From an uncultured delta proteobacterium (lineage in GTDB: Bacteria > Myxococcota_A > Polyangia > Fen-1088): a stretch of 64,000 nucleotides of DNA. Shown here piece by piece: positions 19,871 through 29,599 of this stretch. Below the pieces are notes generated by a model. The model was not told the DNA's origin. It did not search any database and saw nothing but the letters and a program-made list of their open reading frames with translations. Both the position numbers and the translations under genes were made by a program. Position 1 is the stretch's first letter; each line of letters begins with the position of its first letter. The stretch lies in assembly GCA_963755125.1 (NCBI GenBank), contig CAVWIP010000003.1:1-64000 (forward strand). Reading direction: 5' to 3'.

Positions 19871-20044
19871 CTAGAAGAATCTGTCGGAGAGCAGGCGTCC
19901 CACGCCCACCAGCGCCAAGGCGAGTCCGGCCGCGGCCAGCAGCGCGCCGGCAAGGTCGACGGGACGGCGTCGCTCGGTCGCCAGCCGCACGCCGTACACC
20001 GTGCCCGAAAGGCCAGTCGCGATCAGGACGAACGCCAGCAGCAT
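19871..20044 (-). CDS. Small two-TM membrane protein (57 aa)
   Basis: MLLAFVLIATGLSGTVYGVRLATERRRPVDLAGALLAAAGLALALVGVGRLLSDRFF fills the gap, divergent from manC. Confidence 0.5.
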   Translation of the reverse strand: MLLAFVLIATGLSGTVYGVRLATERRRPVDLAGALLAAAGLALALVGVGRLLSDRFF

Positions 20045-20074
20045 GGTCCAATCATCTTGAGGTAAAGTCCCTTG

Positions 20075-21148
20075 ATGGCAAAGCCCGAACAGTTCGCCGT
20101 GATTCTGGCAGGCGGTGGAGGCACCCGGCTGTGGCCGGCCAGTCGGCGCGCCCGACCCAAGCAGTTGCTCAGCCTGGGCGCCAACGAATCGCTGCTGGCC
20201 GCCACGTTTCGCCGGCTGAGCGCGCTGGTGGGCCTGCCGCGCACTCTGATCGTAACCGCGGCGGATCAAGCCCAGGCCATCCGCGACGCCCTGCCCGGCC
20301 TGCCGGCTGACAACCTGGTGGTCGAGCCAGCGCCACGCAACACGGCCCCGGCGGTGGGCCTGGCGGCGGCGCACATCGTGCGACGTGCGGGACAGGACGC
20401 CGTGCTTGCCGTGGTGCCGTCCGACGCCTTCATCAGAGATGAATTGCAGTACGCGGCCGTGCTGCGGATCGCGCTGGCGCAGGCCGGCCAGGCCATCGTC
20501 ACCATCGGCATCAATCCGACCAATCCGGAGACCGGCTACGGCTACCTGCAGACCGGGGCCAAGGTGGCGGGCAGCGCCGAGGCCTACCACGTGGCGCGCT
20601 TCGTGGAGAAGCCCGACCTGTTGACCGCGCGCGCCTATCTGGCGTCGGGCGACTACCTTTGGAACTCGGGCATGTTCTTCTTTTCTGCTGGGCGCCTGCT
20701 GGCCGAGGCCCGCCAGCACCTGCCCGAATTGTCCGCCCTGCTCGACGAGCTTTGCGCCTCGCCCGATCCGGTCACACTGGCCCAGCAGCGCTACCCGCGC
20801 GTGCCCGCCATCTCCATCGACTATGGCATCATGGAGAAGGCGCAGGGAATCCAGGTGGTGCCAGGCGATTTCGGTTGGAGCGATGTCGGCAGTTGGGCGG
20901 CGGTGAGTGAAATTCGGCCCACCGACGATGACGGGAACTTCATCTCGGGCGACGCTATCGTGAAAGCCTGCAATGGCAGCGTGGTGATGGCCGAGCCGGG
21001 CGCTCCGCTTCTGGGCGTGGTGGGCGTCGAGGGGATCGTGGTGGTGGCCACCCGCGATGCCGTGCTGGTCGTGCCCAAACATCGAGCGCAGGAAGTGCGC
21101 CGTGTGGTAGATGAACTTTCCGCGCAGGGCAGAAAAGAGTTCCTGTGA
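20075..21148 (+). CDS. manC: Mannose-1-phosphate guanylyltransferase
   Basis: VILAGGGGTRLWPASR...PKQ, EPAPRNTAPA, ETGYGY, FVEKPD, WNSGMF, SIDYGIMEK, WSDVGSW. Confidence 0.93.
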   Translation: MAKPEQFAVILAGGGGTRLWPASRRARPKQLLSLGANESLLAATFRRLSALVGLPRTLIVTAADQAQAIRDALPGLPADNLVVEPAPRNTAPAVGLAAAHIVRRAGQDAVLAVVPSDAFIRDELQYAAVLRIALAQAGQAIVTIGINPTNPETGYGYLQTGAKVAGSAEAYHVARFVEKPDLLTARAYLASGDYLWNSGMFFFSAGRLLAEARQHLPELSALLDELCASPDPVTLAQQRYPRVPAISIDYGIMEKAQGIQVVPGDFGWSDVGSWAAVSEIRPTDDDGNFISGDAIVKACNGSVVMAEPGAPLLGVVGVEGIVVVATRDAVLVVPKHRAQEVRRVVDELSAQGRKEFL

Positions 21149-21173
21149 CGAGTGCCGAGCATCAGAAGCAACA

Positions 21174-22577
21174 ATGAACCCAAGAGTCTTTCGCGAGTAC
21201 GACATCCGCGGCGTCGCGGATCAGGATTTTTCCGATTCCTTCGTTGGCGATCTGGCCGACGCCATCGCCGAGCATCTGCGCGAAGTGGGCGCGCGTCACA
21301 TCACGCTGGGCCGCGATTGCCGGCTGTCCTCGCCGCGCATTCACGCGGTCATGAAGTCACGGCTGGTGGATGCAGGCTTCGCCGTGTCGGATGTGGGCGT
21401 GCTGCACACGCCGGGGCTGTACTTTTCGGTCTTCCACTGCAAGGCCGACGGCGGCGTGATGATCACGGCCAGTCACAACCCCGAGCAGGACAACGGCTTC
21501 AAGATCGTGCGCGGCCCGAGCACCATCTTCGGCGCCGAGATCCAGGTGCTGCTCCAGCGCATCAGGCGCCACCGCGCCGGCACCCGGCCCGCGCCCGTGA
21601 CGGGCGGCAGGGCGACCGAGGTGGACGTGCTGACACCGTACGTTGCCCAGGTGGCCGACGGCATGCGCCTGGGCGCCCGTCGATTCAAGATCGTGGTGGA
21701 CGGCGGCAACGGCACCGGCGGCCTGACTTGCGTGTCGGTGCTGCGCCGGATGGGCCTGCAGGTCGAGGCGCTGTACTGCGATCCCGATGGCCGCTTTCCC
21801 AATCATCATCCCGATCCGACGGTGCCGGCCAACCTGACTGACCTCATCGACCATGTGAAGAAGGGCGGCGCGGAGTTGGGCATCGCGCTGGACGGCGACG
21901 CGGATCGCCTGGGCGTCGTGGATCCGGCGGGCCGTATCGTGTGGGGCGACCAGCTCATGATGCTGTTCGCGCGCGACATCCTGCGCGAGCGGCCGGGCGC
22001 CACCTTCGTCAGCGAGGTCAAGTGCAGCCAGGCCATGTACGACGAGATCGCCCGGCTCGGGGGTCGCGCCATTATGTGGAAAGTAGGCCACTCGCTCATC
22101 AAGACCAAGATGCGCGAGGAGAAGGCCGTGCTGGCGGGCGAGATGTCGGGGCACATGTTCTTCGCGGATCGTTACTACGGCTACGACGACGCCGTGTACG
22201 CGTCTGCGCGTCTGGTCGAACTGTTGACCCGCAGCGAACTTCCTCTCTCCGCGCTGGTGGACGCGTTGCCCGTGATGCACAACACGCCCGAGATTCGCCT
22301 GCCCTGTCCCGACGACATCAAGTTCGAGGTGGTGCGCCGGGCGCTGGCGCACTACCGCCGCGACCATCACGTGGTGGACGTGGACGGCGCACGCGTGAGT
22401 TTCCCCGGCGGCTGGGGTCTGGTGCGCGCATCCAACACCGGCCCGGTGCTGGTGCTTCGCTGCGAAGCCGACAGCCCCGAGCGCCTGGCGGAAATCCGCG
22501 CTGATCTGGAGGGCCTTCTGCAGGCCATCAGCGTCGAGCTGCAACCCGTTGCTACGCTTCCGCCCAAAGCATTGTAA
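21174..22577 (+). CDS. Phosphomannomutase/phosphoglucomutase (AlgC/ManB-like)
   Basis: FREYDIRG, MITASHNP, DGDADR, GEMSGH, VRASNT. Confidence 0.93.
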   Translation: MNPRVFREYDIRGVADQDFSDSFVGDLADAIAEHLREVGARHITLGRDCRLSSPRIHAVMKSRLVDAGFAVSDVGVLHTPGLYFSVFHCKADGGVMITASHNPEQDNGFKIVRGPSTIFGAEIQVLLQRIRRHRAGTRPAPVTGGRATEVDVLTPYVAQVADGMRLGARRFKIVVDGGNGTGGLTCVSVLRRMGLQVEALYCDPDGRFPNHHPDPTVPANLTDLIDHVKKGGAELGIALDGDADRLGVVDPAGRIVWGDQLMMLFARDILRERPGATFVSEVKCSQAMYDEIARLGGRAIMWKVGHSLIKTKMREEKAVLAGEMSGHMFFADRYYGYDDAVYASARLVELLTRSELPLSALVDALPVMHNTPEIRLPCPDDIKFEVVRRALAHYRRDHHVVDVDGARVSFPGGWGLVRASNTGPVLVLRCEADSPERLAEIRADLEGLLQAISVELQPVATLPPKAL

Positions 22578-22627
22578 GCTAGTCAAGCGATCGCACGCCC
22601 CAGAGTCTCCTTTGGAAGGCAACTGCC

Positions 22628-23104
22628 ATGCAAACCATCCCCTTCACCTCAACATTGTTCTGCAAACTGTTACCGCCTTGCACGTTCTTCGCTTTGCTGC
22701 TTTGCTCGTCGCCGGCACGGGCGGCCTTGGGCGGCGATGCTTCATCGATAGGTACCGGCCAGACTCACTTGCTGGCCACTGCGCGCATCGAACGTGCCGC
22801 CACCCACACCATGCACGAGCTGCAGGCGGCGACCGGCACCAAGGTGCGGGAGTATGCGGACAACGACGGCAAGGTCTTCGGGGTTTCGTGGCAAGGTCCG
22901 TTTCGCCCTAATTTGCGCCAACTCCTCGGCTCGTACTACGAGACGTACCTCAAGGCTGCCAAGACCCGCGTTGGCCGTGGCCCCGTCAACATCCAGGCTC
23001 CGGGACTGGTCATCCAGATGAGTGGCCACCAGCGTGCCTTCTACGGCCGGGCCTACCTGGTGGACCGGGTGCCGCAAGGACTTTCCACCGACGAGATCCG
23101 CTAG
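22628..23104 (+). CDS. DUF2844-family exported protein
   Basis: Signal peptide ending ARA-ALGG, then VREYAD..GKVFGVSWQGP..PNLRQLLGSY and GHQRAFYGRAY. Confidence 0.75.
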   Translation: MQTIPFTSTLFCKLLPPCTFFALLLCSSPARAALGGDASSIGTGQTHLLATARIERAATHTMHELQAATGTKVREYADNDGKVFGVSWQGPFRPNLRQLLGSYYETYLKAAKTRVGRGPVNIQAPGLVIQMSGHQRAFYGRAYLVDRVPQGLSTDEIR

Positions 23105-24375
23105 TGCGCGCCCCTCGCACGCGAAGAGCTGGGGCGGCTTGTACGTCCGCTGTCCTGCTTGGCCTGGGTGTGGCGTGCAGCGGCAGCTCCGGCCTGCACC
23201 ACAACACCATTGCCATGCCGGCGGACAACGTGGCCGAGGTGTTCGTCGACTACGGGCTGCCCAACATCGGCTACATCAACGGTCTGTTTGCAACAGTCAC
23301 CGTCTGCGTTCCCGGCAGCACGAGTGACTGCCAGAGCATCGACCACGTCCTGGTCGACACTGGCTCCGCGGGCCTGCGCCTGCTCGGGTCAGTGCTGACG
23401 CTCTCGCTGCCCGCCTTCACCAGCGACAGCGGGGTTGGGCTCGCCGAATGCACCCAGTTCATCAGCGGTTCCATTTGGGGTCCGCTTCGAAGTGCCGATT
23501 TCAAGATCGCGAACGAGCAGGCAAGCAATATCCCGATCCAGGTCATCGAGGAATCAACCTATCCCATGCCGAGCGATTGCACCGGCACGGACATCAGCAC
23601 CCCCGAGTTGCTGGGCGCCAACGGTATCCTTGGGTTGTCGTCGTTCGCGCAGGATTGTGGGCCGCCCTGTGCTGCGGCGCTGGGCACCCAGTCCGAGAAT
23701 CCGGGGACGTACTATGCGTGTGCTTCGGCGGCGGATGGCTGCCAGGCCACGGCTGTGCCTCTTGCCCAACAGCTATCAAATCCCGTCGTGTTCTTCAGCC
23801 AGGACAACAACGGCACGATTTTTGAGTTGCCGGCGATTCCCGCCGAAGGGGCGCCGAGCGTGATTGGATCCCTGGTCTTCGGCATTGGCACGCGCGACAA
23901 CAATGGTCTGGAGCAGGCGTCGGTCATCCAGCTCGACGAATCCGGCGAGTTTCGCACCCAGTACCCCACCAACAGCACCCCAACTCTTGCCTTTGTCGAT
24001 AGCGGCTCCAACGCGATCTACTTCCTGGACAGCACCACGACGCACATCCCAACCTGTTACGACGCCTTGCACCCAGACATCTCGAACTTCTACTGTCCCA
24101 ACTCCACCCTGAACCTGTCTGCCAAGATTCAGGATTCCTCCGGTCGGGTTCCCTTGATCGTGAACTTCAGCGTCGCCAACGCCATGACCCTAGCCTCCAG
24201 CCAGGACAACATCGCTTTTGATAACCTGGCCGGGCCCAGTGTCCCCCCGTCGGGACAGAGCTTCATGCCCGCGTATTTCGATTGGGGCCTGCCTTTCCAC
24301 TTTGGCAGGAACGTGTTCACCGCCATCGCCGGCCAGACGACTTCAGCTGGACAAGGACCCTTCGTCGCGTTCTGA
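23104..24375 (+). CDS. DUF3443-family lipoprotein with pepsin-like DTG/DSG motifs
   Basis: Lipobox-like LGVAC, VTVCVPGS...CQSIDHVLVDTGSAGLR, GANGILG, AFVDSGSN, FDWGLPFHFGRNVFTAI. Confidence 0.8.
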   Translation: MRAPRTRRAGAACTSAVLLGLGVACSGSSGLHHNTIAMPADNVAEVFVDYGLPNIGYINGLFATVTVCVPGSTSDCQSIDHVLVDTGSAGLRLLGSVLTLSLPAFTSDSGVGLAECTQFISGSIWGPLRSADFKIANEQASNIPIQVIEESTYPMPSDCTGTDISTPELLGANGILGLSSFAQDCGPPCAAALGTQSENPGTYYACASAADGCQATAVPLAQQLSNPVVFFSQDNNGTIFELPAIPAEGAPSVIGSLVFGIGTRDNNGLEQASVIQLDESGEFRTQYPTNSTPTLAFVDSGSNAIYFLDSTTTHIPTCYDALHPDISNFYCPNSTLNLSAKIQDSSGRVPLIVNFSVANAMTLASSQDNIAFDNLAGPSVPPSGQSFMPAYFDWGLPFHFGRNVFTAIAGQTTSAGQGPFVAF

Positions 24376-24378
24376 CGT

Positions 24379-24464
24379 AGGCTGGAGACTGGAGGTTCAC
24401 GAACCGGAGCCGGAAGCGCTAAGTCTGCCTTCCCTTCCGACCTACAGCCTGCAGTCTCCGGTCT
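24379..24464. terminator. Imperfect inverted repeat built from heptamer units between convergent genes
   Basis: AGGCTGGAGACTGGAGG (24379-24395) matches the reverse complement of CCTGCAGTCTCCGGTCT (24448-24464) at 14/17. Confidence 0.4.
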
Positions 24465-24467
24465 GTG

Positions 24468-25361
24468 CTACTCGCCGGTCAGCATCCGCATCAGCATCGC
24501 CCACGCCAGCTTACCCAGAAACAGGTAGGCCAGGGCGCTGGCCGCCAGGAACGGACCGAACGGGACTTCCGCCTTGCGAATGGACACCGGCTGAGCGGGT
24601 GAGGGAGGGACGGCTGACGCCACCGCGGCCTCGCGACGTTGGCGCACGACCAAGGCCGGCACGCTGATCAGGATGCCCGCGAGCGACGCGAGCAACACGA
24701 TGGCAGGAATGGCCTTCCAGCCAAAGAGGGCGCCCATGATGGCCAAGAGCTTGCCGTCGCCCAGGCCCAGTCCCTCGCGGCCGGTGGCGTAGTAGTAACC
24801 GTCGGCAACGACGCGGACCAGGAGATAGCCAGCGGCGGCCCCGATGGCGCGTTCTGACCAAGCGACGTCGTGCACGGCGAAGCCGGCCAGGAAGAAAGCC
24901 CCAATGGCAGGAAGCGTGATGACGTCGGGCAGGCGCTTGGTGTCGAGATCGATAAACGACAGCACCACGAGCACGGCCGCAAAGGCGAAGTAGGTGGCGA
25001 AGCGGGCCGCGCGAATGCCGAGCGGCTCGCCCGGCGCACCGACCACGAAGGTCCAAAAGATCAGGGCCGCCAGCACAGCGGCCAACGCCTCGACCAGCGC
25101 GTAGCGCGGAGAGAAACGCGCGCCGCAGTGACGGCAGCGGCCGCGCAGCAACAAGTACGAGAGGATGGGGATGTTGTCGCGCGCCCACACGCGCTTGCCG
25201 CACGCGAAACAGTGCGAGGCTGGCCTGACCACCGACATGCCGCGCGGAATGCGCACGATGCACACGTTGAGGAAGCTGCCCCACAGTGCCCCCAGGCCCG
25301 CAGCAGTGAGGGTAGCGGCCAGGCGCAAGCCAGGGGAGCTCAGCGTGGGAAGTGCGTCCAC
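24468..25361 (-). CDS. pilD: Type IV prepilin peptidase/N-methyltransferase
   Basis: GSFLNVCIVRIP, two CxxC (CFAC, CRHC), FIDLD, GLGDGKL, PFGPFL. Confidence 0.93.
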   Translation of the reverse strand: MDALPTLSSPGLRLAATLTAAGLGALWGSFLNVCIVRIPRGMSVVRPASHCFACGKRVWARDNIPILSYLLLRGRCRHCGARFSPRYALVEALAAVLAALIFWTFVVGAPGEPLGIRAARFATYFAFAAVLVVLSFIDLDTKRLPDVITLPAIGAFFLAGFAVHDVAWSERAIGAAAGYLLVRVVADGYYYATGREGLGLGDGKLLAIMGALFGWKAIPAIVLLASLAGILISVPALVVRQRREAAVASAVPPSPAQPVSIRKAEVPFGPFLAASALAYLFLGKLAWAMLMRMLTGE

Positions 25362-25454
25362 TGGCCTACGTTACCATTCCTCGACTGCAAGCGCGTGGTC
25401 GCTCGGCAGTGGAACCATGCGCCCGAGGAGTTCAGTGGTAAATTGCGAGCCCTC

Positions 25455-26417
25455 GTGCGCAGGCCTTTGTTCCGCAAACGGATGCTCCTCTCGCTGCTTC
25501 TCGTGGCGGCATGGTTGGGCTGCGGCCGGGCCAAGCCCGACGGGATGCCGCCGCCGGACCAGGAACTGGACCAGGCGGTGCAACCGGCCGCTCTGGTTTC
25601 GGGGCTGCGGCGTTTGTCCGGCGCACACTTTCATGCCACGGCGACGTTTCGTGTCAGCGCATCCGGTGGGCCGGATGCCGGGGCTCACGATGCCATAACC
25701 ACCATGACCGATCTGTGGATCGACACGCAGGGCAACTTTCGCCTGGCCGAGAGCAACGATCGGGATGGCGGTCGCGAGGTGGTGCGCGTGGGCAGCGAGC
25801 TGGCCGTGGCCTTGCGCTACGGCAAGCTCGTGCGCCGGCCCGCCCAGGATCCCGAACCGCAGCAAATCCTCGAGGAAGGCGTTGGGGCGCCATACGCGGC
25901 GTGGGACACCGTGCGCCGATTCGTGGAGGTCGTGCCTGCCGGCAGCCGCGCCTTCCGCCTGAGCAAGGCCGCGGACCAGCGCGCGGGACTGGCTGCGTCC
26001 ACGCCTTTGCGCAAGTGGCGCGAGACAGTCGACGTCCAGACGCTTGTGGGCGACGCGCGGCTCGATGCCAGCGGCGGGCTGCAAACCTTTTCACTGGTCT
26101 CGCATTTTCGAGCTGTCCGCGATGGAACCCCCATAGAGGGTGAGCTTGCAGTCGCGGCCACCGTCGACGCGGTGGTGGCGCCAGTGGTGATGCCTGCTGC
26201 TGAAACTCTGCCCGCGCGACAGCGAACCATCTTGGAAGAGCGTGCCCTTCTGGGCGGTCTGGCCGCGCCCACGCCTGCCTTGCCGCCACCGGCGAAAAAG
26301 GCAGCCGGCGGGCGCCACTCGGGCGATACCACGGGCCAGGCCAGCCCGGGACAGCCGCGAAGACCGTCGGCAGGCACCACCCGGGTTCCCGCGGCCGGCA
26401 AGCAGGAAACCCCGTGA
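25455..26417 (+). CDS. Hypothetical lipoprotein
   Basis: LLSLLLVAAWLGC lipobox-like signal, Pro/Ala-rich tail, overlap with the next gene. Start uncertain (GTG 25455 or ATG 25482). Confidence 0.6.
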   Translation: MRRPLFRKRMLLSLLLVAAWLGCGRAKPDGMPPPDQELDQAVQPAALVSGLRRLSGAHFHATATFRVSASGGPDAGAHDAITTMTDLWIDTQGNFRLAESNDRDGGREVVRVGSELAVALRYGKLVRRPAQDPEPQQILEEGVGAPYAAWDTVRRFVEVVPAGSRAFRLSKAADQRAGLAASTPLRKWRETVDVQTLVGDARLDASGGLQTFSLVSHFRAVRDGTPIEGELAVAATVDAVVAPVVMPAAETLPARQRTILEERALLGGLAAPTPALPPPAKKAAGGRHSGDTTGQASPGQPRRPSAGTTRVPAAGKQETP

Positions 26418-27238
26418 GCACCGAGAAACCCGACGACAAGCTAGCCATCGAAGTGGGGGCCGAGCCGGTTACGCCCCAGGACCCGTCGCGACTGTCACAC
26501 CTGGGGCAGAACCGCGGGCTCATCGTACGGCGGGCGCTGCTCGCCTCGGCCCTGGGCGGTCTTGTTCCCGTGCCGGTGGTGGACGACCTGGTGTCCGCGC
26601 GCGTGCGGGCGGGCCTGTTCATGAAGTTGGCGGTGAGCCGTCAGGTTGACCTGCCCGCGACCTCGGCCGAGGTGCTGGCCCAGGGCCAGGCCGGCTCGGC
26701 TTTGCGTACCGTCACGCTTGCCGCGGCCACCCTGGCGGCGCTCAGGCTGGCCTGGCGCAAGTTCTTTGCTCTGCTCGCCGCCGGCCGTGGCGCCGAAGAC
26801 ATGGCGATGATCTTCCAGGCGGCCACGCTGGTCAACCACTACTGCGCCAGGCTGCACGTGGGCGGGCCCATCAGCCGGCCGCAAGCCGCCCACCTGCGCG
26901 TGCTGATCCACCAATCCGTGAGCCGCACCTCGAAGAGCAAACTGGTGGCGGCGTTTCGCGAGGGTGGCCAGATCCTGGGTCGCTCGCTGCTGGAAGCGCC
27001 TCTCTGGGCCTCTCGCAGTCTGTCTCGCCACGCCGAGCGCTGGCTGCGTACCAGTGGCCATCCCGAGGTCGCTCCTGCCGGCTGGCCGATCGACGAAAGC
27101 GAGGAAGAGAAGACCTGGCTCGATCGCGCCGCACATGTGGTGGAGGAACGGCTGGCCGCCCTGGGCAACGACTACCTCGGCGGACTGGTCGACGATTTCG
27201 AAGCCCGCTGGCGCGAACGCCCGGCGCAGGGGACGTAG
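26414..27238 (+). CDS. Hypothetical protein (DUF697/EcsC-like helical motif)
   Basis: ASALGGLVPVPVVDD motif, GTGA overlap with the upstream gene. Confidence 0.55.
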   Translation: MSTEKPDDKLAIEVGAEPVTPQDPSRLSHLGQNRGLIVRRALLASALGGLVPVPVVDDLVSARVRAGLFMKLAVSRQVDLPATSAEVLAQGQAGSALRTVTLAAATLAALRLAWRKFFALLAAGRGAEDMAMIFQAATLVNHYCARLHVGGPISRPQAAHLRVLIHQSVSRTSKSKLVAAFREGGQILGRSLLEAPLWASRSLSRHAERWLRTSGHPEVAPAGWPIDESEEEKTWLDRAAHVVEERLAALGNDYLGGLVDDFEARWRERPAQGT

Positions 27239-27286
27239 GGGCGGGCGAGACGCGAACGCTCCGAATTCCGGGTCTTGTGACTTGGA

Positions 27287-27315
27287 TTGAGCGGAGCGCC
27301 TGGCTTTGCTACGAT
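27287..27315 (+). promoter_or_regulatory. Sigma70-like promoter for rsfS-rlmH
   Basis: TTGAGC (27287-27292), 17 bp spacer, TACGAT (27310-27315) with extended TG, 8 nt before GTG 27324. Confidence 0.55.
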
Positions 27316-27323
27316 TGCAGCAA

Positions 27324-27878
27324 GTGAAGAAAAGACCCGCCCCCAAGACAAAGAGCAAAGCATCCAAGACCTCAGGCAGGCCCGGTCGTCGTGTCGGGCC
27401 CAAAGCGGCAGCGGGCCGAGGGGTGATTCCTGCGCGGGCGCGCCACACAGATCTGGCGAAGCCGGTCACGGCCAACCCGCAGGTGCAGCGCGAGGCGCTG
27501 GCCTCAGCCCGTGCCGCCATCGATGCTGCGCTGGAAAAGAAAGCGCTTCTGCCCGTGCTCATCGACGTGTCCGGGCGGGCCAGCTACACCGACTACATCG
27601 CCATCGTGAGCGGGCGCAGTGATCGGCAAGTGGACGCCATCGCGGATCACGTGCATCAGGTCATGCACGAGCAGGGCCGGCGGCTGCTCGGCCGCGAGGG
27701 AACGCGCAACGGGCGCTGGGCCTTGCTTGACTTCGGCGATGTGGTCCTGCACGTGTTCTATCACCCGGTGCGCGAGATCTTCGACATCGAGAGCCTGTGG
27801 ATCGACGCTCCTCGGGTGAAGCTGCAGATCCCGCCCGAGGCCATGGTGCTTGCCAGCGACGGTCCCGTCGGGCCGTGA
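27324..27878 (+). CDS. rsfS: Ribosome silencing factor with Lys/Arg-rich N-terminal extension
   Basis: LEKKA...IDVSGRASYTDY...SGRSDRQVDAIAD, WALLDFGDVVLHVF...R..FDIESLW. Confidence 0.92.
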   Translation: MKKRPAPKTKSKASKTSGRPGRRVGPKAAAGRGVIPARARHTDLAKPVTANPQVQREALASARAAIDAALEKKALLPVLIDVSGRASYTDYIAIVSGRSDRQVDAIADHVHQVMHEQGRRLLGREGTRNGRWALLDFGDVVLHVFYHPVREIFDIESLWIDAPRVKLQIPPEAMVLASDGPVGP

Positions 27879-28297
27879 AGATCCTGGTCCGCGCCGTCGG
27901 CAAGATGCGCGATCGGCGGCTGGAGTCGGTGTGCCAGGAGTATGTGGATCGAGCGCGACGCCACCTGCCCGTGGCGGTCGAGGAAGTTGAAGGCGACGCG
28001 GACTTGCTGCGCAGCCTGCCCACGGGCGCTGAAGTCGTCGCGCTGGAGCCAGGCGGTGATTGCTGGACCACCGCCGAGTTCATCAAGTATCTCGACCAGC
28101 GCATGGTGCGAGGCGCGCGCGCCATCGCTTTTCTCATCGGCGGGGCTGAAGGCCTGACCCCGGCCACGGTCAACGCCGCGCACAGGCGCCTGTCGCTTTC
28201 GCCTCTCACCCTGCCCCACCGCCTGGCTCGCGTGATCCTGTGCGAACAGATCTACCGGGCCATCTCGGCCTTGCGTGGCGAGCCCTACAACAAATAG
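27875..28297 (+). CDS. rlmH: 23S rRNA (pseudouridine1915-N3)-methyltransferase
   Basis: FLIGGAEGL, LSLSPLTLPHRLARVILCEQIYRA...GEPY, conserved synteny after rsfS. Confidence 0.92.
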   Translation: MKILVRAVGKMRDRRLESVCQEYVDRARRHLPVAVEEVEGDADLLRSLPTGAEVVALEPGGDCWTTAEFIKYLDQRMVRGARAIAFLIGGAEGLTPATVNAAHRRLSLSPLTLPHRLARVILCEQIYRAISALRGEPYNK

Positions 28298-28325
28298 GCG
28301 CCGGTGTAGACTGACGGAAGACGCC

Positions 28326-28829
28326 ATGAGTATCAGCAAGCGGTTTCTCGACATGGCCCGCGCCGAGTTGAATGCGCTGCTCGACAAGGCGTCGACCTGG
28401 GAGTCGCCGCGCGATCCGGACGAAGATCTCTACCACCGCTACGGGCTCGACGAATTGAGCGACGAACAACTGGAGGCCGAGCTGGAACGTCGCCACCGGG
28501 CGCGGGCCGCGGCCAAGGCCAGGGTCAACGCCGCAGCCCCGCGGCCCACGGCGGCAAGCAGCAAACCGCGGCCCAGCTCCGCGCGTCCGTCATCCGGCCC
28601 CTCGCCGCGAAGGCCTTCGCCCGAGGACGAAGTGCGCCGCGCCTACGCCGCGCTGGAAGTGCCGATGGGCTCGAACTTCGAGACCATGCGCAAGTCGTAC
28701 CGCGCGCTCATGCGCAAGTATCACCCCGACCACCATTCCGGATCGCCCGAGAAGCAGAAGACCGCCACCGAGCTGACGCAGAAGCTGACCGAGGCCTACA
28801 AGCTGCTGGAAAAAAGACTTCGGCGTTAG
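28326..28829 (+). CDS. C-terminal J-domain (DnaJ-like) protein
   Basis: AYAALEV...RKSYRALMRKYHPD...LTEAYKLL. Confidence 0.85.
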   Translation: MSISKRFLDMARAELNALLDKASTWESPRDPDEDLYHRYGLDELSDEQLEAELERRHRARAAAKARVNAAAPRPTAASSKPRPSSARPSSGPSPRRPSPEDEVRRAYAALEVPMGSNFETMRKSYRALMRKYHPDHHSGSPEKQKTATELTQKLTEAYKLLEKRLRR

Positions 28830-28832
28830 CGG

Positions 28833-29585
28833 CTACTTCGCCTTGCCTTGGTTCGCGACGGCCTTCATCGCGGCCTCGATGGCAGCCTGATCCCCGAGAT
28901 AGTAGTGCTTGATCGGCTTAAGGTTGGCGTCGAGTTCGTACACCAGCGGGATGCCGGTCGGGATGTTCCGCTCGACGATTTCGCTCTCCGGAATGTTGTC
29001 CAGATACTTGACCAGAGCGCGCAGGCTGTTCCCGTGGGCCGCGATGATGACCTTCTTGCCCGACTTCACCATGGGCGCGATGGTCTCGTGCCACAGCGGC
29101 AGGAAGCGCGCCACGGTGTCTTTCAGGCACTCGGTCTGGGGCAATTCGCTGGGCTTGAGATCCTTGTAGCGCCCCTGCGGATCGTTGCCCGGGAAGCGCG
29201 GGTCGGTCTTTTCCAGGGGCGGCGGCGGGATGTCGTAGCTGCGCCGCCAGATCTTGACCTGCGCCTCACCGTACTTGGCCGCGGTCTCCGACTTGTTGAG
29301 GCCCTGCAAGGCGCCGTAGTGCCGCTCGTTGAGCCGCCACGACCGGTGCACGGGAATCCACATCAAGTTGAGCGTGTCGAGCACGCACCCCAAGGTGCGG
29401 ATGGCGCGCTTGAGCACCGAGGTGTACGCCACGTCGAAGACGTAGTCCCCGTCTTTCAGCGCCTGGGCGCCGGTCTTGGCCTCTTGCCGGCCCTTGTCCG
29501 ACAAGTCCACGTCGGTCCAGCCGGTGAAGCGGTTCTCTTGGTTCCAAGTGCTTTCGCCGTGGCGAAGCAAAACGAGCTTGTACAT
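28833..29585 (-). CDS. gpmA: 2,3-bisphosphoglycerate-dependent phosphoglycerate mutase
   Basis: [49 protein letters not shown]. Confidence 0.96.
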   Translation of the reverse strand: MYKLVLLRHGESTWNQENRFTGWTDVDLSDKGRQEAKTGAQALKDGDYVFDVAYTSVLKRAIRTLGCVLDTLNLMWIPVHRSWRLNERHYGALQGLNKSETAAKYGEAQVKIWRRSYDIPPPPLEKTDPRFPGNDPQGRYKDLKPSELPQTECLKDTVARFLPLWHETIAPMVKSGKKVIIAAHGNSLRALVKYLDNIPESEIVERNIPTGIPLVYELDANLKPIKHYYLGDQAAIEAAMKAVANQGKAK

Positions 29586-29599
29586 CGGATTCTCCTCTC

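Noticed and set aside
18883..19953. N-terminal 357 aa of the 742-aa ORF 17725..19953 as part of the MFS protein
   Set aside because: It overlaps the plus-strand methyltransferase-like gene. MFS homology starts at ATG 18882.
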